DNA of 63,167 nt, the filler included, from Polymyxa betae A26-41 (lineage: Eukaryota; Protista; Endomyxa: Phytomyxea), in assembly GCA_003693705.1 (NCBI GenBank). It is 7 parts of 7 records of this genome, joined end to end, with 100 filler letters (N's around TTAATTAATTAA, not from the genome) between each part and the next. Parts side by side here need not be neighbours in the genome. Positions count along the whole stretch, not along the records: positions 1 to 15,152 come from RBZT01000605.1; 6 more parts are not named here. One strand, given 5' to 3'. Within the stretch, counting starts at the first letter, position 1; each line of letters begins with the position of its first letter. Under the pieces are notes generated by a model. That model was not told the origin of the DNA, searched no databases, and saw nothing but the letters and a program-made list of their open reading frames with translations. Positions 1 to 13,695 of the stretch are shown here, one piece after another. The translations under genes and the position numbers were made by a program.

Positions 1-1971
1 TCATCTTCACTATTTCTTCGTGCAATCGTCTCAGGCTTGAACGACAGATTGCCACACTTGGGAAATCCACTCATGTGCAGAAACATGAACCGTTAGGTTA
101 TTGCGGTCATAAATATGCCGGAGCGGAATTAAATTGGTCGATAGTAGAGAAAGAAAAATTTGCAGTGGAAATGCAACGAGGAAGCCCGATTATCTGTTAA
201 TCAGCGAGCGTCCATTCAAGTTATTTGTGGACCATAAGAATTTGATTCAAATCTTCTCACCGACAAAGGTATCAAAGCCAGTAGCTCAGAAGCTACAGCG
301 TTGGGTTTTAGAGATCCAAAATTTCAACTATGAGATACAGCATATTAGGGGTGAAGATAATGTATGATCAGACTTAATGACGAGATGGGGTGCAATTCCA
401 GTTTCAGAAATTGTTGACCTCAAAGCCGTAACAGGGACGGCGACTAGGACGTCGTTGCAGATCCCCGATAACTAAACCTTTACAGAAACAAGAATTTATC
501 TGGCCTTCTGTTGAAGAGATCCGCAGTCCCCAACAGCAGCATCTGGATAAATCAAACAGAACAAACTCAGATGGTCTGATCATACAATCTGGAAAAGTTA
601 TGATTCCACTAGAGTGTAGAGATCTGAGATTGCGATTGTGCATCATAGCACACACGTGTGGCAATAGTGGTCACTTCAGGTACCAGACTGCTTCGTCTAA
701 GCTAGCCGAATAATTTTATTGGCCAAATATGATGCAAGAAATGAGAGAGTTTTGCAAGTCTTGCATGCATTGTTTGCCAACCCGCGGTGGGGTCAGGATA
801 CCACGACCGTTAAGAGAAGCTTTGCATGGGCAATATCTTAATCATGTTTTACACATGGACTGGATTCATATTATGCCCGCAGATACAGAGAATTCACACA
901 GCTATCAGTGGAATCTCATTATAAAGATGATTTGTCAGGATTTTTAAAGTTTACACCTGCAGTCATTCCTGATGCACTGGTAGCTGTGGATGCTATGATG
1001 GAGTGGAGAGCTGCTTCAAGAACTCCAGAGATACTGGTAACTGATATGGCATCATACTTTATGTCGACAGTTATGAAGGAGTTCACACAAAAGTGCAGTA
1101 TGCAGAACCACTTCACAGTAGCTTATTGACATTATAGTAATGGCTCTATCGAAGTCATTAATAAGCATTACTTAGCATTGATGAGAGCGCTTATCTCTGA
1201 GTTACATTGGATTAAGCAAGATTGGCCATGGTAAAAATAAGACCATTGAGCATACACTTAACCATCGTCCACAAGTTAGATTAGATGGCAAGGCGCCAGT
1301 GACAGTATTCACCGGCCAGCCTGCTGATATCCTTTTGATTATTTCTTTAAGAGGGCAGCGCTTAGACCATTTAAGCTACAACGCGTTAGTCCCGAAAAAG
1401 TTCGGCAATTTGTTGAGAACTTACAAACAGTCGTTGTCGAATATCCACAGGCAGGTCTCGACACTGTCTGTGCAACACAGGAAGATGAAACGGATCCAGC
1501 CTAGAATATTAAGGAGGGAACCGAACTTTCTGGTTGGGGATTTCGTGCTAAAAGTGGATCCAGATCCAACGCGCGCGGAGACCTGGAAAGCAACTATTGT
1601 TGATATGGAAAGGACCATCTAAGATCACTGATACATTGAATAATTATATTTTCGAGGTTGAGAATATAATCAATGGATCTAAACAAATAGTCCATGGGGT
1701 TAGAATTAGATTTTATTGTGACAGCAAACTAAATGTAACTGAGCAGATCAAAGATCAGGTTGCTTACGATTGCTCAAGTTATGAGTTTGCAAACTTCAGG
1801 GACTGTCGCATTAATCCCCAAACCCATGAGGTTGAGTTCCTTGTTGACTGGAAGGGATTCTCTCAGTCAGAGAGCAGCTGGGAACCTTTGAAAAATTTAC
1901 GGGAAGATGTTCCTGTACTAGTTAATAACTATCTAAGAGAATTAAAAGAGCGCAGGTCATGCACTTGCTGA
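1..1971 (+). mobile_element. Degenerate Ty3/Gypsy (chromovirus-type) pol: RNase H, integrase, chromodomain
   Basis: Motifs FKLFVDHKNL..QKLQRW..IQHIRGEDN (RNase H) and HHCC CKSCMHC; integrase core HMDW/PEILVTDMASYF; chromodomain FLVDWKGFSQSESSWEP. Many stops and frameshifts. Colinear with the element at 25.4-26.9 kb. Confidence 0.93.
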
Positions 1972-2105
1972 CACTGCGGAGGCATTTATTAAACCGAGGA
2001 CTTGTTAATGAGTTGCATGCTTTTTTCCATACATAGCCCTTGGTTTTTTAAAGCCGCAACCATTGATTAAGCTTAGACTCTTTTAACTAGAAACTGCCAT
2101 TTTTT

Positions 2106-2378
2106 GAGGAGGGGATTGTGCCAATATAAAGTAATGTTACCTGTAGCATTACTTATTGACCAAGAAAGCACTGGAAGAGTGATTGGTGGAGATTACTCGG
2201 TACATCAGTGGCGGAGAATATTCAGAGAGTGGGTTTTAATCGATGAATCTTCCCAGTCGATTCCCAGTGGTCCCAATTCGTGGCTAGTGCTGTCTCGAGC
2301 ATGTGAATCCTCAGACTATAAAAGGGCAAATTACATTGCATAATAAATCATAATTCATTACACATCACAACAGTAACA
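2106..2378 (+). repeat. Polypurine tract and 3' LTR region of the first Gypsy element
   Basis: GAGGAGGGGA at 2106-2115 is followed by TGTGCCAATAT at 2117, the same start as the TGTGTCAATAT LTR family. TATA and AATAAA-like signals lie downstream. The right boundary is uncertain. Confidence 0.6.
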
Positions 2379-2398
2379 TCAAAGTTTAAGATTGCCAT

Positions 2399-5300
2399 AT
2401 GTCCCAGCTCCCGAAGATCGCAGTTCACTGGCTGAACGGCATTAAGGCGAACGGTCCCGACCGAGTTAGTACTGTGCGGAAGATCATCACTCAGTTGACT
2501 TTGTTTTGCTCAGCCGAGCGTTCGGCTCAAGCCCTACAACCGCAAGCTATCAACACAAACGTAAGCCAGGCTTCATCCGGTGCCATCAATGCTCGGGCTT
2601 CGAAGCGGTGTGAGTTAGATGGAGTTGGCGTGCATGCAACATCCGAATGTCGTGTCCAGGCCGCCAGGAAGCCTAACAAAACCGTGGCCGAGACTCCCGC
2701 GAGCAAACCATCACCGCCTAGCAATTCGACCTCACAGTCGGCAGTAAATCCAACAGAAAAGGCGTTATTGTCAGGCGTCCGTTGCTTTCGCTGTCAAGGC
2801 ATGGGACACAATGCGTCGCGCGGCACTGTACCGGCACCGACTTCACCTAAGATTCAAGCACCAGGCCCATCGAACCACCACTCTGAGGACGCACTACAGG
2901 AAGATGCCCTCGAAGACTTCCAAGGTGTTCACACGATCGAAGATTATGATCAGATATTCACAGCGTCCAGCACCATTCACAGCGCATAAACGGCCATTGA
3001 GGACATCCGCTCAAACGTTATACCAGGTAAAAACACGTCTCGTGTCGATTTTTCCACAGCCATCTTCACGCCGATAATTCTTGATGGGATACAAATCGAA
3101 GGGTACGTGGACACAGGAACATCGCATTCTACAATCGATAAAGCACTTTATAAACGGCTTTCTAGAAACGTGCACTCGTCGTTCAAGCCCGTTATTCCAG
3201 GTCTTCTTATCTCGCTGGGTGTTAAGGGCCAGTTCGCCCATAGCCCAGCGAACGCTGCTGTCCCAGTACGCTACGGGAAGAGGAACATTCAGCACCGGTT
3301 CGATATTGGAGATACACCAGATGGCTTTACCGTGATTATTGGGCGGGACTTGCAGCGAGTATTGGGAATATCAGTAACTGCATTGTCGTTACCATCAGAG
3401 TCTCGGCAAGATCAATTCGAGGTCGACGAGGAGCCACTTCACCGGCTATTTAACGATCCGAAGTTAAAAGACGCTCTCAAACGCAACCAGGCCATCCCAA
3501 AAAATAGCTTCTGCAACTTTCCACAAGCGGTCGTTGAGCTCGACACCGGCGACAACGGCCCAGTCTATCGTCGTCGTTATCCTATCGCGAACGATATACA
3601 GCCAGTAGTCAACAGGCAGGTCCCAGAGTAGCTCGACAACGGAAAGGTTATGGCAGCGCAGAGGTCATGTCAATGGAACCTGCCGATATTGGTAGCACCC
3701 TAGAAAGACACAGTTACAGCAGAGAAGAATCCAGGGAGAGTATGCATTGATGCTAGGGCACACAATGCCATGCTCAAACTCGACCGTTATCCACTTCCAC
3801 TTGTGTCTGAAATCTTCCAGTTTTTTGCTGGCAAGTCTGTCTTCAGCGCCATCGACCCGGAGCAGTCCTTCCTACAGCTGCCTGTGCAGGAGTCAGACCG
3901 TGAAAGCTAGCATTTACATGGGCTGGACGCCACCTGATGTCGTCGGGAGGCCTGATCCCGACACCGTCGGTCCTCCAACGAACCATGCGGCGCGTCTTTG
4001 ATGGTTGGCGTGCTGAAATTGCGTTCCTGGACGATATGCCGGTTGGCTCCAGTTCGCCGGAGGATCACCTGGAAGATTTGACAGACCTAATCGACCGCCT
4101 TACAGCTGCTAACCTAGATATAAATATTGAGAAGTCGCATTTTTTCTGGCGCTCTCTTCACTTGGACATATTTTCTCAGCAGAGGGTATCACAATGGATC
4201 GCCGCAAGCTCATTGATGTCGAGAAATGGTCATTACCGCAGACCGGCAATGAGATGGAAAAATATTTGGGCTTAATGATTTTTCGGGATTTCATTCCTTG
4301 TTATTCAATGTTAGCGGCGCCTTTAGAATTTTTGAGAAAGCTAAGCCACTTGGATGACACAATCTGGACTAAAGAGCGCTGTGATGGATTTGAAACGCTC
4401 AAGGCTGTTTTGAGATCACTTTCTCTGCCATTCAGACACCTTCTAAAGATATACTTGATTGATATCACATGCATAAGCAGTCAATAGCTATGTTAAATGG
4501 AATTTCAAGGATGGAACTTTCCTTCATTTTCCTGATTTTAATCGAACCTTCCATGCTGCCACAGATGCGTCTGACGTTGGCATTGGAACCGTCCTGTACC
4601 AGCTGCGGGACGACAAGCAAGTTGACGAGCCACCCAACAGGCGTTATAATCTCTTTGCGGCTTGTGTCAATATTAAGCGCACTATATTGACTAATCTCCG
4701 ATGAATCGGAAAGCTCACTATATTGAATAAGCTCCGATGAACCGGAAACTCTCCGAGGTCCGAGCCATCCTCCGACTCTGGCTATATTTAAGGGCTTGTA
4801 ATCTATCTAATATATTCATTCTGCATTCATCATTGCAATCTTAACATCGAGATCTCAAGTAGCGCTATAGGCTCAAGCTTTACGAGCTTCCGAGCGTAAT
4901 TATTCGGCATCTAAAAAGGAGTTATTTGCTGTTATCTTTGCTTTGAAACGGTTTCATTATTATCTTTATGGCAGGCATTTTAAGCTGTTCTCTGATCATC
5001 GGGCTTTATCCTTCCTTTTCACTCAGAAGGACGTTTATCCTCTGTTGGCAAACTGGATCGAGACGATTCTGTCCTACAATTTCCAAATCATTCACAGACC
5101 TGGTATTGCAGATGTTCTACCTGATACATTGTCACGATTGTTTCCAGAATTGAGGTCAAATGCAGGAAATGCTGGCAGTTCTATGACACATTATCGAGAA
5201 AACCCAAGCCCCCTGGTGACTTTACCTGAAGATCAACGATTGTCGGCGATAGAGCAAGCTCATCTGCAGGGCCATTTTGGAGTCGGATCGACTGTAGCGT

Positions 5301-6463
5301 GGTTGATCCAGCGCAATCAAACATGGCCTTCAATGAGACGCGATGTTGAGCTGTTTATCAAGCGTTGTCTTCAATGTCAGCGATTCACGATTGTCAGGCA
5401 AGGCTACCATCCCTTGAAGGCCATCACCGCGTCAAACCCGATGGATCATTTGGCCATCGATACCGCTTTATCTTTCCCAGTATCGGTAACGGGCAAAAGC
5501 GTGCTACTCGACGTCGTTTGTGTCCACACCCGCTTCTGCTGGCTTCGCGAGCTACAAGACAAGTCGGCGTCTTCGGTTGCTGAGGCTCTCTTCTTGATTT
5601 TTTGTGACTTTGGCTTTCCTAAAATAGTTCAGTCAGACAATGGCACTGAATCTTTTACTCAGTTAATGAATTACCTATTTAAGCACGCGGCGATTGTTCG
5701 TCGGCTTGTGACGAAATACCATCCACGAGCCAATGGTTTGGCTGAGCGGTTTGTCCAAACGTCATGTCGAGTCATCCACAAATAATTGAATGGAGAAGAT
5801 CGTCAATGGGATCGTCACCTGCATGCTGTGCAGATGTTTATCAATTCAATAATTGCGGCAGCTCATAACTCAGCACCATTTAGCGTTATGTTTGGTCGTC
5901 TTCAGAACTCGCTGGAGGATTATTCCATTGAACAAGTATATCCAGAGGCTGAACTTCACCACGCTTACCTTCGTGTTCGTCAAAGAATGCAATTTATGAC
6001 CGACTCCTGTTCCCGGCCGTCGAAGATCGCCTTCTCGACCACGCGTCACGTGCCATCAATATGTTCGCTCGCTCGAAAGTATTTTGTAAGACCCTTTTCC
6101 TGCTGGTTCGTATGTCTTGGCTGCCGACGTACCCCACCCGTTCTAGCAAGACCGAGCCAGTCTACGAAGGTCCTTATAAAGTCCTTCGCCGTACTCGCGG
6201 CGGCAGCTACCAGCTCCTGGATCATGATCAGCAGCTCTACCAGCGCCCTGTCGCACCGGTTCAGATGAAGCTCGTTTCGTTATCGACCACATCGTTTGTC
6301 ATCGTGGTCCGGAATCCAAGCGTGAATATCTGGTTCGATGGAAAGGCCAACCTGCAGCCGAAGACAGTTGGGAACCCACCGCCAACTTAAATGATGAACC
6401 AGTCATTCGTGATTACTGGCGTCGTATCTCTTCCCAGCCACCTTCCTTTTTGGAAGAGGGCAA
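2399..6463 (+). mobile_element. Second Ty3/Gypsy element (gag zinc knuckle, protease, RT, RNase H, integrase, chromodomain), degenerate
   Basis: RCFRCQGMGH knuckle; VDTGTSHS protease; AFLDD RT; TDAS..ERNYS..KKEL RNase H; HLQGHFG..CLQCQ and SDNGTE..ANGLAER integrase; YEGPYKV; chromodomain remnant; PPT GGAAGAGGGCAA. Confidence 0.92.
4663..4869 (+). repeat. Solo LTR inserted in the RNase H region of the second Gypsy element, 4-bp TSD GGCT
   Basis: Runs TGTGTCAATATT...GCTATA and is flanked by GGCT at 4659-4662 and 4870-4873. Removing it restores LFAA-QALRASERNYS. Confidence 0.8.
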
Positions 6464-6816
6464 TGTCGTGTCACACGAAATCAAAACCCTAAGCCTTAAA
6501 ACCCTACCTGTCGAAGTCGGAGAGCCTCAGCCTTTCAAAACAGATGAAGATGCTACTCCGGCGCAACCCGCCCGAGAGGCCGCTCCTGGCAAGACAGCTG
6601 CTTTGACCAGCAGCGGTCCAGTCCAGCACGCCCTGCACGCAACTGCCGTTTCTATCAAGCGACGTTCGCGCAGCACCCGTCCTGTCCGATCCTGTCCTGT
6701 CCTGTTTTTGTCCTTGTCCTTTTTTCCTTTCATAATGATCTTTGAGAAATAAAGCGTGGTTCCAATCCGCTTGATCCGCTGTCTCTATCTTCTCGAAGGT
6801 TGATTGTCACATTAAC
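6464..6816 (+). repeat. 3' LTR of the second Gypsy element
   Basis: TGT start directly after the PPT, a pyrimidine-rich tract and AATAAA. The right end is approximate. Confidence 0.65.
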
Positions 6817-7198
6817 AGCACAATCATCATGAATCATGATTCACGACGGTCAAATACCCGACCTTTTATCACAATATTATTACACACCATGTTATATAGA
6901 TCTCCTACTACGTATTCGATGGAAAGTCCTTGGTGATGAAAATGGTCTCGCCAGTTACCTCAAACATTTTATTGGTTCTTATCAGCTGGTAATATTAAAT
7001 GTGATATGTTGGGTAATGGGAAGAGTCGACCAGAGAGATGCCGTCGATGATGTCGAGGCTGGTTTGCATGAATATAGTATGTAAAATCCATGCTGGGAAA
7101 ACAATCGAAGTTGAATGGGAAATAGGAGAAGCGAAGACGAACTGAAGCATTGTTTAATGGCACATAGACTCAACGGAGACAAGAATTGCTGACCATCA

Positions 7199-7516
7199 GA
7201 GCATCCTCACCGCGCACTTCTATTCGCGAATCTATGCTAAAATAGAAATAAAATAGCGAAAAATCGCCACACCGCACAGCTCTATTTCTTAGGTTAAAAT
7301 AGATCAACGTTATTCACCCCCCCCCCCCGATCGTCGTTAAAATAGCACCTCAGCTATCCGGCACTTTCTATCCGGTTCTTAAACAAAAACGAAATACAAC
7401 TGCGGATAGTTAATCCCCGCGGTGTGAGAATTCGGTTCTATTTTATTTTACGCGGATTATTTCTGCTCTATTTGAGAATAGATTTGGACGAATAGAAGTG
7501 CGCAGTGTGGATGCTC
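7199..7516. mobile_element. PIF/Harbinger (Tourist-like) MITE
   Basis: TIRs GAGCATCCTCACCGCGCACTTCTATTCG / CGAATAGAAGTGCGCAGTGTGGATGCTC, with a 3-bp TSD TCA on both sides and no coding capacity. Confidence 0.92.
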
Positions 7517-8640
7517 TCATGCGGTCATGTGCAATAAAAATATCTATTCGAAAAATCTCAACGCTGTTCCATTGAAATCGATCGTTTGGCCCTGAACTTC
7601 CTCAGGAAGGTGTTTTTTGGTAAAGATTTTGCAGATACCATCCTGATTTTGTATGGGTCCAGGACCCATGTCCCACTGTGTTTGAGGCACGCGCTGCCCT
7701 CTCCGCAGTTTGGATATCACCATCGCGCAGAAAAGAAAGTTTGCCAGTGCAATTATTGCCGATTTCAAGGATTTTGTCATCGCACTGTTGTGTAAGCTCC
7801 AACCTTTTGATAATCATAGAAATAGAACTCTGCTTCATATTCATCTCTTAAAGTCTTGAAATATTCATCTCGGAGAATGAAGTTCATCGGCCAAATAGCT
7901 CATGTTGTTGAGTCGCGCTATGCCAGTCCACACAACTGTATAAAGCCCCATTATAAAATACCCCGTGGCCGAATTTATTGTTCAGAGCCCTGTTTTACTG
8001 TTCGTCAACTCAGGCTAAATTGAGTCATTGCTGACATAGATTCACAGCAAATCTGGCCTTGGGACCCATTTTTAATCTTAAATATGAGCTGTTTTGATAA
8101 AACCCTGCAATTTGGCCCCATTGGAATGGGACAAATACCCCGGTTTTGGCACGCGATCCCCAAGGTCGCCAGAATCAAGATTCTGTAATCCAATATAGCT
8201 ACGATTTTGACATGCTTGGAAAGGATCTTCGCTACTTGAAGCATTTATTCAACGATATTATCAATAAAATTGATTTGGCCCCATCGAAAGGCAGGAATTG
8301 CGCAAGCAGAAGAATCACAGGGATGCAACCGGGTTTTAAGAAAGTGCGTGGCCTGATATAGATGTCACCACCATAGGACACAATTTGTGAATCTCAGGCA
8401 CTGACAATTGCAACGTCGGCCGATCCCGCTCCGACCGTGACCGACCGTCTAGCAGCAGTTATAATTATTCGGATAGTTTGGCCAGTCCGTTACGACGAAA
8501 GCGATGTCGTCATTACAGCCACAGCAGGCGTCGGTCCCGCTCTCTTTATCTTTATCGCTCCAGCTCTTTGTCGTCTTCGAGCTCTAGCTTTCATTCAGAT
8601 TCAAATTGCGATCAAAGTTGTTCTAGTGTGGTGGAGAATC

Positions 8641-8820
8641 TATGTCAATATTTACGAAGTATATTAATGATCCGACAGTTAATCTCTGGACCGATGAACA
8701 GCAATCCTGTCCGATGATCTGGAATCCCTCCGACATCTGAGCTACCCTCCGATTTTGGCTCTTTAAAAGGGCTTATGATCTATCTAATACATTCATTCTA
8801 CAATTCAGTTTATAATCACG
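8641..8820 (+). repeat. Degenerate LTR of the TGTGTCAATAT family
   Basis: Shares TGTCAATATT, CCTCCGA...GGCT..TT.AAGGGCTT and ATCTATCTAATA.ATTCATTCT with 4663-4869. Preceded by the purine-rich GGTGGAGAA. Confidence 0.65.
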
Positions 8821-9506
8821 AGGACTTTCCCGGCGGCGGGTTGCTGTCAAAAGAGAGGTCCTGGGACTGGAAGTACTAGGGGCACACGCTGAGTGTGATA
8901 TGGCATTTTTCTAATTCTTTTGTGAATAAAATCCTAACTTTTGTCATTGGGGTATTCTGTGCGAAGTTGATATCGTGACCGCAGCTCAAGACCAACAAGC
9001 TCAGATTCAAGATTCTGAAGTCGATGCTCTGCAGGATCTGTCCAGCCAAAGGCTTCTACATTCCACATTTTTAACAGAGTTGAAAGCGTTGGAAACTGAA
9101 GCGTCAGCTTTCGTTCCAGGCGCCAATTACGGTAATTCTCTAAGTATGATTAAGGAACTAAGAAAGGTTTTTATAGAAAAAAAAACAGAGAGGATTCTAC
9201 ACCAGAGACCTCTAGGTTCTCCATCATCCAGCAGAACAAAATATCGCCGAACCATCACGTCAAGTGGCAGCTGACTTTGTCATCGACGCGGACAGCCAAG
9301 AGGAGACGACTGGATCAGCGTCGTAAGCCAGATTTTGAGGATTTTTCAATTCTCTCTCAGGAACTAAGTATGGTATCCAGTAAAACACTTTTCCAAATAC
9401 TAATTTGGTTTGCAGGATCGGTTGCCCCTGTTGTCGTTGAAGTTGGATCCGCTATGATTGCAGTGGAATCCATTAAATGATTTTTTGAACTAAAATAACT
9501 TATTTA

Positions 9507-10860
9507 GAGCATCACCAGCGCGGGCGACCTAAACCTATTTTTCCCTGTGAGCGTCACATGACAGGTCAAAATCACGATTCCATCGCGACCACCCAAACCT
9601 AAATATTTGGGTCCTGTGACCGGACGCTCGCCTATTTTCTCCAGGGGTGGGTATCTTCCCAAACGTCCGACCTATCTTGTTTCATTGCAATAAAAAATGT
9701 CTAAACCAGTTCCAAAAACGACTCCTCGCGCCGCTCGTGGTAAGAACTGGACAGCGGACGAACGAATAGCGTTATCCCGCCGCTGGATTGCCGCCACCGA
9801 AGATCCTATTGTCGGAAAGGACCAAAAATCGGATGATTTTTGGAAAAAAATGCTATTCACATCCTTGATCGTCCCTGGCTATCTTGCTCAAAAGAATTCG
9901 CGAATATCTCGAAGGCCTGCCAGACATTTACTGGAATTTACTCTCAGCTGATAAAGAAAAAACCCAGCGGAACAGTCTCCGATGTTGTAATTGACAAGGC
10001 CAAGGAGGCCTTTGAGCAAGAAACAGGAAATGAATTCAAGCATCTGGAATGCTGGCGAGTCCTGAAATCTCATGCTAAATTTGGCCCATTTGCTAGCCAC
10101 TTCAGCACTTCATCATCATCTTCGACGACAAAAGGAAGCGCGGACTGGGAGATATACGATCCAGATTCCCGACCGCCTGGTTGCAAAGCGGCCAAACGGC
10201 AACGAATGGAAGTGGCCCAGGATCAACACTTCCAGAAGGTAATGGCAGAAGATCGCCAGAAGCTTATCGATGTTTCCGCCCAACGAAATGCAGCGATGAC
10301 TGCACAGAATAAGTCTTTGGAGGAGCTGACGCGAGCGCTGCAAGAGCAGGCCCAGGCCATGAGAGATCGAAATGCAATCCAGATATTCTCCATTAAGGAT
10401 GAAGAGATCCCGGCGAGTTCTGCTGAATTTTGCGCCATAATGAAGGCGAAAACAATGGCTGAGTTGCAAAGAAGCCAGAGTAATCAAATTTAAGATAAAA
10501 TTTATCGGGATACTCTATTTTAATCCTCGCCTTCCATGTTCCAAAAATGATCAATCAACGCATTCGAAAGTCGTTTGTGCTGTTCACGGTCTCGCACTTG
10601 CTTCAACCGTCGACAAACGAACCCTGCTGGCAATGCAGATACATCTACATTCGGCTCGTCACAAAAATCGATGTCGCAAGTTGCAGTTTGATCATCCTGT
10701 CGGGTGATTTCGCGGATGAAGTTTTTCATGGTCTTCTATGGAAGACTCTTCTTTCTCATCCTCGATGATCATGTTGTGTAAATTCACCGCTGCTTTTACA
10801 ATATAATGCATTTTCCTAGACTTCCACGAGCGGGCGGGAATTGATAAGATGTTGAAGCGA
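9507..10860. mobile_element. Truncated PIF/Harbinger element: left TIR, Myb/SANT-like ORF (+) and transposase C-terminus (-)
   Basis: TTA followed by GAGCATCACC TIR. ORFs 9697-10493 contain RGKNWT..E..AL..W..D.IVG.DQK..DFW, FKHLECWRVLK and RPPGCKAAK. The minus strand reads RFNIL..LHNMIIEDE..H..L.NALIDHFW. Confidence 0.85.
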
Positions 10861-11220
10861 CCCTGCTCCTTCCCCGCATCAGAATCAAACAAAGACTGGC
10901 AGTTATGCTCCTCAATGATCTTATCCAATTGAGTCAGCAGATCCATAATTCTGGCAGATGTTGGCTTCATCTTCAAATCCAACTTGACACTCTCCTTGAT
11001 GATGATACGAATATGACCATGCGACGAGTCATCATTAAGCTTATAATTATTTAAAAAACCCTTGACATCATTCTCCACAAGTTCCTCCTTCGATGTTTTC
11101 AGAATAAATTTGACATTCATATTCAAAAAAAGGACTAATAAAAGACAGAACAACCCGTCTAGGAATATCGTTCCCTCCCATTTTCTGATTATACTGAACG
11201 TGCTGGTCATATTCGTATAC
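10861..11220 (-). mobile_element. Gypsy gag remnant, continuing on the far side of the Harbinger element at about 13823-14030
   Basis: VKLDLKMKPTSARIMDLLTQLDKIIEEH resembles gag at 23105 (MDPRITPPSGRVMAMMIRFDQIVEENG). It is split by the Harbinger insertion at a TCA site. Confidence 0.65.
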
Positions 11221-11395
11221 TCAGAGCATGTTTACCGGGCGCAGTTATCGTTATCGTTATCGGTATATTTGAGGATAACGATAGCGAAATTGCGTTGCAC
11301 AGCGACATTGTTTTTTTTTAATAGAGGCAATTACATTTAACGAATCGTTATATCGCGCATTAAATCTGAGGTTCTGTCTGACGATATCGTTTATC

Positions 11396-12304
11396 ATGGT
11401 AGGAGAGGCTAGAATCCAATCCCAGGAAAGGCAGAAGGGGCCGGGCAAGGTTTCTGGAACAAAAAACTTTCAGCCTGTGGAAGATATCAATATCGCCAAA
11501 GCTTATAATGAGGTCACTCTTGATGCTGCTGTAGGCACTGATCAAGATAGCAATGCTTATTACAATCGAATTAGCGAAAGATTCTCAGCGTTGATGGGCG
11601 ATGCAAAAGTGCAAGATCGTACCGCCGATGCGATAAAGAACCGATGGCTGAATTCAATTCAGAAGGCTTTATTGAAATTTCTGCCTGTTTGAACAAAGCT
11701 GTCTCAGAGTATCATTCTGGATGGCAGATAGAGAATTACGTTAGTCTGGCGAAGCAGAAGTTTCAAGGTGAAACGAGAAAGCCCCTTATCCATAAGCTAT
11801 GCTGGCTGGAAGTCAAAAATCTGCCTAAATTCTGTATATCTACCGATGATATGACACCGCAGATGAAGAAAGCTTTGCAATTGGACGAGTCTGAAGAGGA
11901 TGAAGACGATAGCTGCAATCAAAAACGTGCCAGCAGAAGTTAAACTTCCAGGATCGGTGTCGTCCAAGCGTTCTTTGAAAATGACCCCAAGACCAGGACT
12001 AGGTAAGAAAGCTGCGAAGAAGTTGAGATATGAAACTTCTGGGACGGCCAGTGCTGAGAAAGCCGCTTATTATAAACGAATGGCCGTCAACGCTGACGAG
12101 CGTACTGCTTTCCAAAAGGAACGCTTCACTTTGTCGCTGTTTTCTTTGAATCCAGAATCTGAGGAAGCCCGGCGGTACCTCAAAATCAAACAGGAAGAGG
12201 CTCGGATTGATGCCGAACTAAACTTAGCTCGTAAGAAGCGGGCGTTGGCTGAGCTCCAGGCAGCAGGCGCAGGCAGCCATGATGAGGACGAAGCTGATGC
12301 TTGA
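11396..12304 (+). pseudogene. Harbinger Myb/SANT-like DNA-binding partner ORF (frameshifted)
   Basis: NF...EDINIAKAY..V..D..VGTDQ..R...AIKNRW; CWLEVKNLPKF; RPGLGKKAAK. Confidence 0.85.
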
Positions 12305-12326
12305 TTTATTATCATTGAATAATAAA

Positions 12327-13695
12327 TCATGCTTCTTCATTGCCAGCATGGTTCCATAAGTGCGCTATCAAGTCATCCCGAAGCTTCCGATGCATTGCAG
12401 CATCTTGTATTCGGGACATTTCGATCGCTGCTTCACTTTCAGTGAACACGAATCCTGACCTCCTAGCAGAAACAGTAAATTGATGTTTCGGAACATACCT
12501 ACTGTGATTGATGTAATTAACATACAAAGCGTTCTGCTTCTCATAGTCCAGAATCAGATTGTGAAGAATAACACATGTCTTCATGACTGAATACATGGCA
12601 TCACGACACCACAGCATACAAGGAGTCGTCAAAATATGGAATCGCGCTTGCAGCATTCCGAATGCTCTCTCGGTATCCTTCCGCTTGCCCTCCTGCATAG
12701 ATGAAAATTTCTTCTCCTTTAGGGTTTTCGGATTGCTGATTGTTTTGACGAAGCAGTGATGGTTAGGATAAATCCCTTCGGCTAGCCAGTATGGGATGGT
12801 GTATGTATTCCCTTTTACCTGATTAGAAGTAGTCAGTGATTGATCAATCATAGGAAACAGGAAACCTTGTAGTTAACAATCGGCGATCGGCCATTAATAG
12901 CATCGTGCAGAAGAATAGACCGATCCAGGACGTTAATGTCGTTCAGCGAGCCTGGCATTCCAAAAATGAAGTGCCAAAACCGGCAAGAACGGTCAGCGAC
13001 CGCCTCTAATACCACTGTTGGCGACCCTTCTTTGCCTGTGAACATTCCCGCCCAAGCAATAGGACAGTTTTTCCAGGTCCAATGCATGCAGTCAATGGAA
13101 CCAATGCATCCAGGCCATCCTTGTCCATAGCTTTGATCTAGTAGTTTGTTTAGGTCTTGGATAGTTGGTTTACGAAGAGCATGTCGCCATAGATTGCCTC
13201 AATTGCAGCACAGAAGCGCATCATGGATTGTCGGGTCGTGACTTTGGACATTCGAAATTGATCATCTTGCTGTTCTGCCGAAACACCTGAAGCAAATATG
13301 CGAACGACATTGCTAATCTTTTGGCGTGCACTGAGGCCTAATTTTTTACAGGCGTCCCGTTTCTGGATAAAATAATTGTCGTACTCCTGCACTTTTTCAA
13401 CGATCGTGTCAAACAGGCCAATCGGAAGGCGAAACCGAGCTTTAAAATCTTCGGCATCCTAAACTGGATTAGGACCCCAGTAATCCTCATGAAGAAGCTG
13501 ATCGTAAAGGGCTCGCCGACGATCTTTATTTGGAGATCGGCGTTTTCTGGTATTGCTAGCCTCTTCTTCGCTGGACGAATCATCCATAAGTTCCTGCATG
13601 ATCATCTCGAGATCGCTACAATCCTCGCTGTCAGAAACATATCGATCAGGACGAAATTGCTCCCAGAATGCATTTAGATCCATGCTATCGCTCAA
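12327..13695 (-). pseudogene. Harbinger DDE transposase with a 47-nt intron (12819-12865) and frameshifts
   Basis: GSIDCMHWTWKNCP; LEAVAD..FWH..GMPGSLNDINVL; YWLAEGIYP; KDTERAFGMLQARF; CVILHN. Confidence 0.9.

Noticed and set aside
10692-11210. 172-aa ORF as a novel gag-transposase fusion
   Set aside because: A chance in-frame junction of two broken elements, with no genuine start and a frameshifted tail.
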